Shown: one piece after another, positions 1 through 12,537 of the stretch
Layout of the letters: each line of letters begins with the position of its first letter
Position numbering within the stretch: the stretch's first letter is position 1
DNA from: Octopus sinensis
Lineage: Eukaryota
NCBI RefSeq assembly: GCF_006345805.1
Contig: NC_043020.1
Coordinates: forward strand, 31,000,001 to 31,064,000
DNA length: 64,000 bases
Direction: 5' to 3'
The notes under the pieces: generated by a model
Databases searched by the model: none
What the model saw: the letters and a program-made list of their open reading frames with translations, nothing else
Told to the model about the DNA's origin: nothing
Position numbers and translations under genes: made by a program

Positions 1-1700
1 CTTGGTAATGTGCACTTGGAAAGAGGTATAACTCATCTTGATACCCAGATCATGTACTGATTTAGGCTCTGTGATTGTAATCGCCCCTGGGCCAGTGTAC
101 CTTCTAAGGTTTCCATTCAGTTTTGGGTGTTGGTAGCGCAGGGCTTGGAAGTTTCCAGCAGTCAACTACATATTATTGTCCTCAGCCCATCTGTAAATTG
201 CGTCCAACTCCTGCTGCAGGCGTGCAACATTGCAAGGGCTTTGTAATATCTGCGAGACTTTTGTATCATCTGCGTAGCTAGCAAGGGTTGCTATCTGGGC
301 AAATGAGGGGATATCTGAGAGGGCTACTATGAAAAGCATTGGTTCCAAGACTTTGCCCTGTGGAACACCACTAATTATTTGTGTTTCCTTTGAGGTGGCT
401 CCATTGGCCACCACTTTCTGACTTCTATCTTTCAGAAAGTCATGTAACCACTCTCCAAGTTTTCCAGCCATGCCAAGATTGCGCAGTTTGTGACATATCA
501 TACCATGGTCAATTTTATCAAAAGCTTTTGCAAAGTTAAGGTATATTACATCCACATTTGAGGTGTTGAATAACTGCTTCATCACCCAGTCATGGTGCTG
601 TAGGAGCTGGGTCAGGTAGCACCTACCTGGTCGAAAATCATGCTGGGTATCACTCAGCAAGCCGTTTTCTTCAAGAAATGTGATTAATTTCCCTCTGACT
701 ATCAATTCCATGACTTTACTGATGTGTGAAGTCAGAGTGATAGGCCTATAATTTTTGGTATCTGCTCTGCTTCCTCCTTTATGGATTGGGCATATTATTC
801 CCTTCTTCAGTTTGCTTGGCAGCTTGCCATTTACAAGAAAACTCTGGAAGAGAATCTGTAGTGGTTTTGCCAGGGTATGTTTGCACGATTTGAGGAAGAT
901 TGCTGGGAAACCATCAGGACTAGCAGCTGCGTTTGCATCCACATCATATATGACTAGTATTATATCTTCTTCACTTATGTTGATGTAATTCATTGTAACT
1001 TCCTCTCTGGTTATAGGAGATGCAACAAAACAAAAAAAAAATTCGCTGGTTTGTTCACTTGTCTGTGTTCCAATGGGGCAGTAAAGACACTTTTGAACTG
1101 GTCAGTCAGTACCTCAATGATCCTGGTTCAGTTATCTGTGGCATCATCCTTCTGTAAAAGAGGTTCTATTTTGCAACATACTGAGGCTGTTTCTTTGATA
1201 TAATGAAAGAAGGCCTTTGGGTTTGTCTTGATGTTTTTCATAACCCAAGCTTCTTTGTTTGCTCTCTCCTTCACATAAGATTATTGCAGGCTTTTTTCAT
1301 TCTCCAACAGAGCTGTTATTAGGAGGACCTTTCATTACTTTTGGGATGTTCTCCTGATATTTATTAATATAAATATATTCTTGGATTGATGCTTCAAAGG
1401 TGAAGATTTGTAGGGGTGGTTGTCCATGTCTGTTGCAAGCTTGATGATGCGCAATGAGTCTGGTTCTGGTCAAACATGCTTTACTGCAGAGGCTGCATGA
1501 GAAGGTAGGCTGATCAGGGCTGGTTTTAGTGTCCTTGTTTTTCTCCCCTTTACTCTTGTCTGCAAGGATAGTCCTGCAGGTGTCTTCAAAGGAGACTGTT
1601 TCCTGGTAGACAGTGAGATGCCAGGTTTCATAGTCAATGGTATGAACAGACCACTGAAAATGATCAATGTAGCAAGCACCAAGGGGATTTCTTTGGAGAA
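1..1700 (-). mobile_element. CR1/L2-group LINE, degraded ORF2 (RT domain), runs off the window start
   Basis: ORF 166-993 has RT motifs NYRPITLTS, Q-x-x-FRPGR, YLNFAKAFDKIDH, SGVPQG, YADDTK. Upstream frameshifted segments continue the ORF2-like text (e.g. NIKTNPKAFFHYIK). Confidence 0.88.
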
Positions 1701-2220
1701 GCCTTGTACCTCTGTTTTAGTGTTCCTTTATTACAGTGACTTGAAGAGAGTTTGTCATACAGTATGATCTTCTAAATCAAATAATTGTGGTATAAGCAAA
1801 ATCCAGGTGATCACCTTGACAGCACACTGTGCAAGAACTTGACTAGCAAAGTGTTCAAAGAGCAGTGTAAAGTTTATACCTTTTGATTAACCAAAGAATG
1901 ATTGGTTATAATTCTGTCAGTTATTAAAGGAGCACTTTACCAATCCAAGGCATATATATCAAATAGTTATGTTATACATATATTTACATTTTGCCTATAT
2001 GCCAGGTTTTTGGAAACGTCCATGCAAAACTTCTTGCATTTGCAAGTTCATTAGATAAGTTGATTGCGTATCACATTATAATGTCTGAAGAATTGAATAA
2101 ACTCACACTTATTGCATAAAATAGCATAACTTTGTATGTGATATGAAATAAGTGGAGTTTGTTCACAGAAACCTACATAACATTAATTTGACTTCTCTTT
2201 ACAGCAATTAAAGTTACATA

Positions 2221-2279
<59 letters not shown>

Positions 2280-2333
2280 GAAATTTACTGCGTAAAAGTC
2301 AATACGATGAGTATTCCATCCAATGAGAGCTCA

Positions 2334-2500
2334 ATATTACTAAACGTTTCAGTTACATGTACTTATCCCCCTACAAGTAGTTTCCAGTATATGTGTACAC
2401 TCATCAGGTGCTAATTGTGATTGGTGCCTGATGAACGTATACATGTACAGGAAAGTATTAGGAGAGCGATAAGTACATGCAGTTGAACTTTTAGTAATAT
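2334..2500. repeat. Fold-back (hairpin) element, MITE-like
   Basis: Two ~80-bp imperfect inverted arms (ATATTACTAAAC..CATCAGGTGCTAAT / ATTGGTGCCTGATG..TTTTAGTAATAT) around a 4-nt loop. Confidence 0.65.
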
Positions 2501-3509
2501 ATATATATATATATATTTTAGAGATAGAATTATCTCTACATGCAGATCACATTGAAGTGCTCAGTGTGACTGACTTATAGAAAAGTAGAGAAATACTAAA
2601 GATTGACAAAGGATAAGTTATCAAAATATATTCAGTTTTAAAGTCATATCCACCAAATTATATACTAAATATATATATATATAAATATACTCAAACTTTA
2701 TTAAAAATACATTAAAAATATATGGGTTTAAATATATATTAAAACTGCACAAAATATATAGTTACACACACACACACACACATATATATATACATATATA
2801 ACAATATACAGTGACCTCCTTTGTGCTGTGAAAATGTGTGAGTGTCTTTATTTTATCAACCTGGGATGGATGAAAGGCAAATGAACATGTGGGGCTACAT
2901 CTTAACTCTTATAGTAAGGCAATATTTTTAATCCTTCTATGATATACAGCACATCCATTTCTGGTTTCTTTGAACTGTTGCTTTGTTGTATAAGAGGGTG
3001 TTACTAACTCCAAGTTCAACTCTCTGTCATTTTCAAGAGAGGAAGGGTTCTCCGGAACAGTTACAACAGACATGAAGAGAGAGAGAGGAGGGGAGGAGGT
3101 GTGAGCAGTGGTAGTGGTGGCAGGTTCAATAATAGTAAAGATTACGATGATAGGAAATGGTAGTGATTTAGACAAGCAGTATTGGTACAGAGTTGAGAGA
3201 TTGGTAGATGAATATAGGCTAACAGATATAAAGTATGATTATACAGGTAGGCAGGCAGGTAGGCAGACAAACTGACAGACAGAAAGGGAGAGATAGATAG
3301 ATGGATTGACAAATAGGTCAGGAGCTAGACAAACAGATAGATTGATAGACACACACGCAAAAATGCTTGGTGTTAGAAAGGACATCCACCTGTAGAAACT
3401 ATGCCAAAGTCTCCTATGATGATGATAATGATGATGATGACAGACAGATACACAGACAGACATGCAAAGAGACAGAAAGACTAACAGATAGCTAGCTAGT
3501 TAGCTAGAT

Positions 3510-3521
3510 AAATAGATAAAC

Positions 3522-3591
<70 letters not shown>

Positions 3592-3620
3592 ATAGATACA
3601 TACATACATACATACATACA
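3510..3620. repeat. (TAGA)n/(TACA)n microsatellite
   Basis: Directly visible tetranucleotide tracts; source of the YLSI/MYVC pseudo-ORFs. Confidence 0.95.
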
Positions 3621-4743
3621 TAATGGTGGCTGCCCCCTCGTTATCGAGTATGGCCATTGCACGAAGCTTAATCGAACAATGCCTGTGCAAGAAGATTTGT
3701 TTTTAAGTGAGGAAAGACTGTGCACTGAGTCAATCCCACTCACTAAGCAACAGCAACCATAATCCGAAAAGAAGAACAAGTCAACATCATCGGTAACCAC
3801 TGAGCCACAGGTTTTATGTCAGAGTTATCCCAGTTACCTGAGTTACCTTCTCCTAGAAGGATGCCCTAACAAAGGCTAGGAGTCCTTCACTACCAATGGT
3901 TTAACCTCACGATCGGATATTCAGTCCGACTATTTCTATGTCCTCGCACATGCATGCATGCATGCATGCATGCATACATACATACATACATACATACATA
4001 CATACATACATACATACATAGTCCTTTCTAAGTAAAACCAAGCTCTTTTCCTTTATTTTCCTTGCCCTGTGAAAATATATTTAAATATATTTAAAGCAAA
4101 AAAGATAAAAGAAACACTGCAAGTGAGAAATGTCAAAAGTCTCAGCGAAGCAACCAATTTTCAAATAAACACATAAATACATATTTGAGGAAAAATTTAT
4201 GGGACACTTGGTGTTTTTTTCTTGGTTGCCCTGTAGTTTGGCAGCACAAATCTTCTTCCTTCACATGCAAGAATAAATCAGTTTTAAGCTAGTTACTTAT
4301 ATGCCTGTATGTGTGCGTGCATTTGTGAAATGTACACATACATGCCATGCCACTTAAGGGAGGATTACATATCCTGTCATTGTGTGAGATGATGAAAAAA
4401 TGGTTTTAAGAAACCTATTGTGTTCAGTTTGACATGAATCCCCAGCCACTGCCCCCACACACCACCACCACCACCCACCACCACTGCCATCACTACTCTT
4501 CTATGGTTGCTCAATGTTGCTGCTCATTTCTTATTTGCCCAGAAGGGGGTTTATAACAGTTAGGTGATCTATTCCTTTCCCTTGTTTTCATTGTTTATTA
4601 CTGTACCTACTCTACTCACTACCTCCACACTAACCTATGACTCCTTTCTCTTTTTTCTTCAATAACTACTTCACACATACTCATACAGTCCCTCTCTTTC
4701 CTCTCTCTCCCTCTCTCTTGCTTTAGGTGTGTATGTATGTATG

Positions 4744-4776
<33 letters not shown>

Positions 4777-4780
<4 letters not shown>

Positions 4781-5860
4781 GTTGTCAAGAAAGTTCTTGC
4801 AGGTTTTTAACCTTTAAATTCAGATGCATATATCTTGGATCAAACAAAACTTTATTAATCGAAATAAACACCATCAGAATCAACACACTTTTGCCAACGC
4901 AAAACAAGTTTATTTATGCCAGTAGCATAAGAATCCTGCGTTCTGGCAGTGATGAAGTAGTTGAAGGTGTGTTTAGCATCGTCTTGGCTTTTGAAGCATT
5001 TCTCACGCAGGAAGTTGTCGAGATGCTTGAAAAAGTTGTAGACGGTAGGTGAGAGGTCTGGTGAGTATGGCAGATGAGGCAGAGTTTCATAGCCCACTTC
5101 ATTCAACTTCTAGCTGGGTCAGTTCTGCGACGTGCGGCTGAGTGTTGTCGTGGAGAAGAATTGGTCCTTTTCTATTCACCAATGCTGGCTGTTGTTGTCG
5201 GAGTTTCTTTTGTATTTCATCCATTTGCTGACAGTACTTCACCGTAATGGTTTTGCCTGGATCCAAAAGCTGTGATGGATGAGACTGGTCGCAGACCACC
5301 AAACAGTCACCATGACCTTTTTTTGGTGCAACTTTGGCTTTGGGAAGTGCTGTAGAGCTTTGTCAGTGTCCAACCACTGAGCTGCATGTTAACAGTTGTT
5401 GTAAAGAATCTACTTTTCATCACAAGTCACAATCTAGTCAAGAAAGGGTCATTCTTATTGTGTAAAAGAAGTGAAGACGACACTTCAAAACGGCATTTTT
5501 TTTGGTTCTTTTTCAATTCGTGTGGCACCCATTTCTCAAGTACTTTTGTTTTTCCAATCTCTTGGAAATTGTCGTATACATTATGTCTAATTCAGAAGCA
5601 AGCTCTCGAACAGTTGTGTGTGGATTGGCTTTGACTAAGGCTCTTAGTTGATCGTTGTCAACATCCAATGGCCGACCACTATGCTTATCATCTTCAAGAC
5701 TCTCGTCACCGCTATGACATTTCTTGAACCACCATTGTGCTGTACTTTCATTAGTGGTTCCTGGGCTAAATGCATCATTGATATCGTGAGCTGTTTCAGC
5801 AGCTTTTCAGCCTAGCTTGAACTGGAATAAGAAAATTGTGTGAATTTGCTTTTTGTCCAT
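4777..5860 (-). mobile_element. Mariner transposon (Hsmar1/cecropia-like), near full-length transposase pseudogene, one TIR visible
   Basis: Minus-strand ATG at 5860 gives MDKKQIHTIFLFQFKLG*KAAETAHDINDAF..QWWFKK..SGRP. Later segments give ILLHDN, YSPDLSP and RWQKCVDSDGVYFD*. TIR TTAGGTTG.. starts at 4777 after TA. Stops and frameshifts present. Confidence 0.92.
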
Positions 5861-6019
5861 GTTGAATTCAACGTTTCAGAAAAAATGGTTTAATTATTCA
5901 AAAAGAAGAAGAGTAACACGATTTGATAGAGCAAAAAATGGGCTTTAGAATGATATATAAAGTCAAAGTAATTTAACGAAAATTAATTTGAAAATACAAT
6001 TTTAAAACTAAAATTAAAA

Positions 6020-7170
6020 ATTCTGCAAGAATGTTGATTCCGGCATTAGGGATACTTGACTGATCTGTTGAAGAAATCAAATCCATAAAAATTAAAACCC
6101 ACAAGATTCTAACTTCAACTGGAAATCTCCACAAAAATAGTGATATTGATGGACTCTATCTAAGAAGGGACAAAGGAGGTAGGGGCTTGAGGTCAGTGCA
6201 GCCTTTAAATGTCACATAGTCCCTCTCAGACTGTGCTGACTAAACAATAATGGTAAAAATAAATATATTATCTTAATGCTAAAAAGTGAAGGAAACAATA
6301 TCCTGTGTGTTGGAAGTGAACTCCTCAGGAAGTATTCACTTCCTGATGATCTCTAATGCAACCCCAAATCATCTGAACTAGCACACCTCAAAGAAGACAC
6401 GGATGTGAAACACTCAACATACCACAAAGAGATTATGCATGGCTATGTTTCTCCTTAACTTGAAGAAGATAGCAATATTAACATGAAGTGAAGCCTCTCT
6501 TGGAATTGAGACCATTACATCACATCACACTTTGAAGGCTATGCATTTGCAATCCATGAACAGGAGATTGCTTCAAAATGTCTATTCAACAAAAAACAAT
6601 AAAGCACGTGGAGTTCCACGATGCAACAATAAATATAAATTGTCATATTTTTATGGAAGACATCACATGTGATTAGAAGTTGCCCAAAAATGCCATCAAA
6701 GTACTAACTCCCTATGCAACATGACATTGTTGCAGAAACAATATACAATGCTATTCATAAAAAAGACTGTCCTGGAATATAGAGAATCCTAATTATTGAA
6801 CATGTATATAAATAGCAGCTCAAAGAATACTGGAAACATTCCCAACAAAACATCTGTCATATGTCAGCATAACAGGCTGGATATTGTTGTTTGAGACAGA
6901 CAAGGAAAAGTATGTACCATCATAGAGGTCAGTTGTCCTGCTGATGTGAATATCTCTTTGAAAATCAAAGAGAAAGAAGATGACTATGGAGAACTGCTTT
7001 GAAACCTCCAGCTTCTCTATCCAGATTACAAGTTTACCTTTGTACCAATGATAATTGGTACACTTGGTTTTGTAAGTAAATAATTGTCAGTCTGGATAAG
7101 CTTGGATTTTAAGAAAAACAAATCAACCAGCTCCTTCTTCAGAGGAAGAATTTAAACGATTAAATACAGA
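6020..7170 (+). mobile_element. R4/Dong-like non-LTR element (restriction-like endonuclease), degraded 3' half
   Basis: Hand translation: LYLRRDKGGRGL (RT thumb), HVIRSCPKM..LPMQHDIVA (CCHC-knuckle region), NRLDIVV*DRQGKVCTIIEVSCPAD..KEK (RLE), FVPMIIGTLG. Confidence 0.8.
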
Positions 7171-8986
7171 AGAGACATACACATCATCATTTTAATGTCC
7201 AATTTTCCATACTTGAAGAGTCAGATGACATTTGTTGAGACATATTTTTCAATAATTGGATGCTCTTTCTGTTACCAGCCCTCATTTCAATTGTTGAACA
7301 ACAGCTATGCTGGGCAACTGCCTTAAACAGTTGTTTTCAATCAAACAGATCAACCTCAGCACTTGCTTTTAGGTCTGCTATAATTTCTGTTGGTCTCTTT
7401 TACCAAACTGCTAATTTACAGAGATATAAACAAACCAACACTGGTTGTCTAGGGAAGGTACAAACACACACGCGACAGGTTTCCACACAGTTTCCAACTA
7501 CCAAATTCACTCGTAAGACAATGGTTGGCCTGGGGCCCCAACTTGCTATACAGTGGGACTGAACTTGAGAGAAATTAGTTGCAAAGTGAGCTTCTTTACC
7601 ACAAAGCCACACCTTCTGTCTATTCATAGATTTGTCTTATTCAGTCAGAGCTGCACCAGTACCAAACAACAACAACAACAACATCAACAACCAATCCAAA
7701 TTGTACCTCAACAATAAATAACAAGAGGTTGGCTTAATATGGTCACCAAATCTGCTAAAAATAACAACCGAATTGCCTCACATCACACTTTTACCATTTT
7801 AGAAAAAAGGAAAAGACACTTTAGACAATGTAGTCTGAGGACAACCTCCCTAAGAAGACAGTATGGTCATGGCTGGAATGTCTTTGATCAGGGAAGTTGA
7901 TCTCGATTGATGCAGTGGGTGGGGTAGATGTTAAACATCACCTCACTATCATCATCATCATCATCGTCATGATCAGCCCACAATCATGATACACCACCAT
8001 CACCACCACCACCACTACTACTGCTACAACCACAGGCACTAACAACAACACTGCCACCACCATCACCACCACTTCCTCTACTCCTCCACCGCCACGACCA
8101 TCGGGGGGGGGGGTCATCTGGCAGCCATAGCTTTTCAAGATTTATTTGCTAAAAAAAGATAGCAGGGCCTGGAGGGGTGTTACATCAGCATACTGATAAT
8201 CCGTGTGTGTGTGTGTTGTGTGTGTGTGTGTGTGTATATCACAATCACCACCATCGCCGCCGCCGCCACCACCACCACCAATGCAGCCACTACCTTCAGC
8301 AGTGCCACAACCTTAACAACAGTAACACCCACTACCACTGCTGCTAACGCCATCACCACCACCATTACTTCTGTAAGCACCTGACACAATCACCTTCTCA
8401 AAAGCTAGCAATATGGGCAAGTACCCTGTTGGCTATCACAGGTGGCGCTGTAATTGTTGACTGGTTTACTTAGCATTGTTTATTGTTGTTGTTGGTGTTA
8501 TTTTTTGTTGTAGTTGTCGGAGAATTACTGCACAAAGATTGAGAAATGAACCTTAGAAATTGCTGGTTAACATAAGGTGAGTGCCTCTGATACATGTTCC
8601 TTCATTGTTCTAATCTGACTTGTTGTGTTATATCATTGTACTACAGGTTGGCCCTGATTGGAATGTTCTTCTGATTTGTTGCTATGATACAGATGTTGCC
8701 TTACGCAGTTGTTAATTTGTTGCTGTGATACAAATGTTGTGTTACATCATTGTCCTGATGGAAATGCTATTCGACTTCATTGTTTAGGTGCAAGCATGGG
8801 TGGGTGGATGTAGTTAAGAAGCTTTCTTTGCGACCATGTAATCTTGGGTTCAGTTCTACTGCATGACACCCAGAGCAAAAATCTTCTATAACCTCAAGCT
8901 TACCGAAGTTTTGTGAGTGGATTTGGTAGATGGAAAGTGTGTGGAAATCTGCCATAAGTATGTACATACACACACACACACACACA

Positions 8987-9199
8987 CGAGGGGGATGCTG
9001 AAAAGTTCTTGGCTTTAAGGGTTTTGGGTAAGGTCTAGTTAGAGGCCCAACCTTCCAAGTTCTTTTAAAGGGCTTTGGAAAACTGTACTGCTGTAATAGA
9101 TGTGTGAACCTGAGAGAGGACTATGTTGAAAAAAATCATTAGTTACTGATCTTCCTCTATTTTCTTTTACTCAAAGCTAGGAACTTCTCACTACCTCCT

Positions 9200-9201
<2 letters not shown>
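8987..9201 (+). mobile_element. Mariner-derived MITE
   Basis: Diverged TIRs CGAGGGGGATGCTGAAAAGTTC / GAACTTCTCACTACCTCCTTG-TA. Retains transposase C-terminal codons RCVNLREDYVEK. Confidence 0.7.
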
Positions 9202-9278
<77 letters not shown>

Positions 9279-10102
9279 ATACATATATACACACATACAT
9301 ACATATGTGTGTGTATATATATATATATACACATACATACATACAAACACAGTAGTGTTTGCACCCTACTACTGCCTGACAACTGGTAATTAGCAGTACA
9401 GCAAAAAAGTACCAATAGAATATGTACTTAAAAAATTAGTTCTGGGGTCAGTTTGTTTGGCTAAAACCCTTCAAGATGGTACACTAGCATGGCCATAGTC
9501 CAAATACTTAAACAAATGAAAGACTAAAAGAATGTGTGTATGTGTGCGTATGTGTGTGTGTGTGTGTGTATGTGTATATGTGTGTATGCATATAGATGCA
9601 TGTGAGTATAAGTTTGTGTCTCCTTGCCTTGACATCATAAGATAGTTATAAATGAATGCCATCATCATAGGAGTGATGTCATTCACTTTCAGTCTTTCAT
9701 TAAAACATGTCTGGTCATAGGAAAATATTACCTTATTTGGAAACAAGTGAGGTTTGACCCCAGCAAAAGTTGTAAAAACAAAGTCTGCTCCACAAATTCC
9801 ATTTGACTGATGCAAGGACTGAAACTGGATGTTTTATATATGCCTTTTGTCTTATCAACCTATAGGCCAACCTAAAAAGAGATGTTAAGCAATGTTAATG
9901 ATGTTTCAATGTCTACTTTGGTATGGTTTCTATAGCTTGATGCTGTTCTTAATGCCAACTGTTTTACAAAGTACACAGAATGCCTTTTTTATGGCACCAC
10001 CATGAGTGAGGTTCCTGGGTACTTGTAAGACAAGATTCCCTCAAATGAGTTTTGAAAGAGATGAAAATATGACAGAGAGATTGATATATATATATATATA
10101 TA

Positions 10103-10166
10103 CTTTATTTTAAGCAGCAGAAAATTCAACAAAATTTTGTTGAATTTTCTGCTGCTTAAAATAAAG
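10103..10166. repeat. Perfect 64-bp spacerless palindrome
   Basis: CTTTATTTTAAGCAGCAGAAAATTCAACAAAA is followed immediately by its exact reverse complement. Confidence 0.95.
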
Positions 10167-10235
10167 CATATTACTCTACCACTGGTATTTGAGTACTCTT
10201 TTTTCCACCTTGTTTCACATTTATGTGTTTACTCC

Positions 10236-10290
<55 letters not shown>

Positions 10291-10501
10291 GAGAGAGAGA
10301 GAGAGAATATATAGTGACATATATAGAGAGGAATATAGAGATACATGTATATATATAGAGATATATATATATATAGAGAGAGAGGTCTGGTGCTTTAACT
10401 TTCCACAAAATGTTCTGAAGAATAGTCTGTCATATCACAGGGCAATTATATTTATGGGTGTGTGTATATATATAAAAATATATATATATATATATATATG
10501 C

Positions 10502-10547
<46 letters not shown>

Positions 10548-10550
<3 letters not shown>

Positions 10551-10760
10551 ATCATCATTATCCTTTAACGTCCGTTTTCCGTGCTAGCATGGGTTGGATT
10601 GTTTGACCGGGGTCTAGGAAGCCAGAAGGCTGCACCAGGCTCCAGTCTGATCTGGCAGTGTTTCTACAGCTAGATACCCTTGTTAACACTTATCACTCCG
10701 TGAGTGTAGTGGGACTTTTTACATGCCTCTAGCACAGGGGCCAGAGGCCACTGGCAATGA
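10548..10760 (-). mobile_element. RTE LINE 3' UTR fragment
   Basis: (CAT)n-TTTAACGTCCGTTTTCC.. is the reverse complement of the RTE tail seen attached to RT sequence at 12538, 47400 and 56280. Confidence 0.75.
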
Positions 10761-10967
10761 TATATATTTATATATAGTTTGAAGAGAGGTTACATGTCAG
10801 TGGCCATTGGACTTTGATGAATTGTCTATAAGCCTGGGCGTTTTATGGCTGTGAAACCATTGGTTACTCTATGATTGGCCTTATATTTGACCTCCTGTAA
10901 ATACATTACTGTTTAAACTATTTGTGTGTGCTTTTCTTTTGAATATATGATCCACTGACGATATATA

Positions 10968-11534
10968 CACTACCGTCAGAAATTAATTAGCACCCTTGAT
11001 TTGCTCACCATGAAGCATGGTAGGGGTGGTCTGATGGTGTGAGGGGCGTTCAGCTACAGTGGTGTTGGGTGGCTCTATGCCGTCGAAGGCAACATCAACG
11101 CAGCAAAGTATGTTGAGATAGTACGGGATACCTCTTTGGTGGCGAGGAGTACGTGCTGGCCAGTCACCTGACCTGAACCCTATTGAGAACCTCTGGAGTC
11201 GATTGGGTAGGGATTTGAATGTGCAGCAATACAGGAACCGACACGAGCTGTTTGGAGCACTTCTTGCTGCATGAGGGGCCATCCCTGCACAGTACCTGCA
11301 GGCACTCATAGACAGCATGCCGACCCGCGTAGCAGCTGTCATTGCTGCCAAAGGAGGAGCAACAAGATATTGACTAAATTTCATGATTAATAACAATTGT
11401 GTGGCGTGCTGGGATATGTTTTAATAAATTTTTGATTAAAAACGAGTTCATTTCTGATAATAAGTTAATTAAATTAAGAAAATGTAAGAAAATGTAGAAA
11501 TTTGAGAAGTGCTAATTAATTTCCGACGCAAGTG
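10968..11534 (+). mobile_element. Internally deleted Tc1-family transposon with both TIRs
   Basis: 26-bp TIRs (CACTACCGTCAGAAATTAATTAGCAC / GTGCTAATTAATTTCCGACGCAAGTG, 3 mismatches) flanked by TA. Interior encodes KHG.GGLMV*GAF..G and SPDLNPIENLW..SMPTRVAAVIAAKGGATRY*. Confidence 0.9.
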
Positions 11535-11546
11535 TATATATATATA

Positions 11547-11923
11547 GGCGTAGGAATGGCTGTGTGGTAAGTAGCTTGTGTAGAACTACATGGTTCTGGG
11601 TCCAGTGCCACGCAGTGGCACTGTGGGCAAGTGTCTTCTACTATAGCTTTGGGCCAACCAAAGCCTTGTGAATGGATTTGGTAGATGGAAACTGTAAGAA
11701 GCCCGTTGTATATATGTATATGTTTGTGTGTCTGTGTTTGTCCCTCTAACATCGCTTGACAACCGATGCTGGTGTGTTTACATCCCCATAAATTAGCGGT
11801 TTGGAAAAAGAAACCGATATAATAAGTACTAGGCTTACAAAGAATAAGTCCTGGGGTTGATTTGCACTACTAAAGGCAGTGCTCCAGCATGGCCACAGTC
11901 AAATGACTGAAACAAGTAAAAGA
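11547..11923 (+). mobile_element. Full-length tRNA-derived SINE (octopus-type)
   Basis: A-box-like TGGCTGTGTGG, B-box-like GGTCCAGTGC (GGTTCAGTCC in sister copies), central TA/TG tract, tail CAGCATGGCCACAGTCAAATGACTGAAAC. Many copies in the window. Confidence 0.85.
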
Positions 11924-12166
11924 GGAAAAGAGTAATACAAAACAATTTGTTGTTAAAAGTCACATAAAAGAATTGCTGAAAACAATCTCAGTATTGAAAA
12001 CTTGGAAAGCCAAAATTGGGGATCCAGAATATTTTTAATTTACTCACAGAGTCAGCCAGATTCCAAAATAGTTGGGCTACGGCGTCTAGGAGAAAAGTTG
12101 AAAAAGTGTGACACTGATACACTGACATTCACATTTATCATATCATATATTATCATATTATATTAA

Positions 12167-12336
12167 GGTGGTGAACTGGCAGAATCATTAGCACACTGAG
12201 TGAAATGTTTAGCAGTGATTCGGCCAAGGCCAACTTTGCCTTTCATCCTTTCAAGTTTGATAAAATTAGTACCAGTTATGTACTTAATCCCTTCCCCTAA
12301 AATTTGAGGCCTTGTGCTTCCAGTAGAAAGAATTTG
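12167..12336 (+). mobile_element. Second SINE-like family, flanked by a long direct repeat
   Basis: Head GGTGGTGAACTGGCAGAATCATTAGCAC; related fragments occur near 44800 and 47480. Confidence 0.5.
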
Positions 12337-12472
12337 TTCAAGTTGAAAAAGTGTGACACACTGACATTCACATTTGCTATATTAGACATGTTTATTTTTG
12401 AAGAAACTATATTTCAATTAAAGTATATTATATGTGTGTGTGTGTGTGCATGTGTGTGCGTGTGTGTGTGTG

Positions 12473-12515
<43 letters not shown>

Positions 12516-12537
12516 GCGCGTGTGTGTATGTATATAT

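Noticed and set aside
2909-3175. 88-aa ORF as a gene
   Set aside because: Half is low-complexity purine/pyrimidine sequence; no splice support or recognisable motif.
4855-5860. Domesticated SETMAR-like gene
   Set aside because: Internal stops and frameshifts, no SET-domain exons nearby, TIR and TA retained.
10805-10870. Possible hammerhead TTGATGA..GAAACCATTGGTT
   Set aside because: Stem III is palindromic, but stem I does not pair and stem II is broken; not counted.
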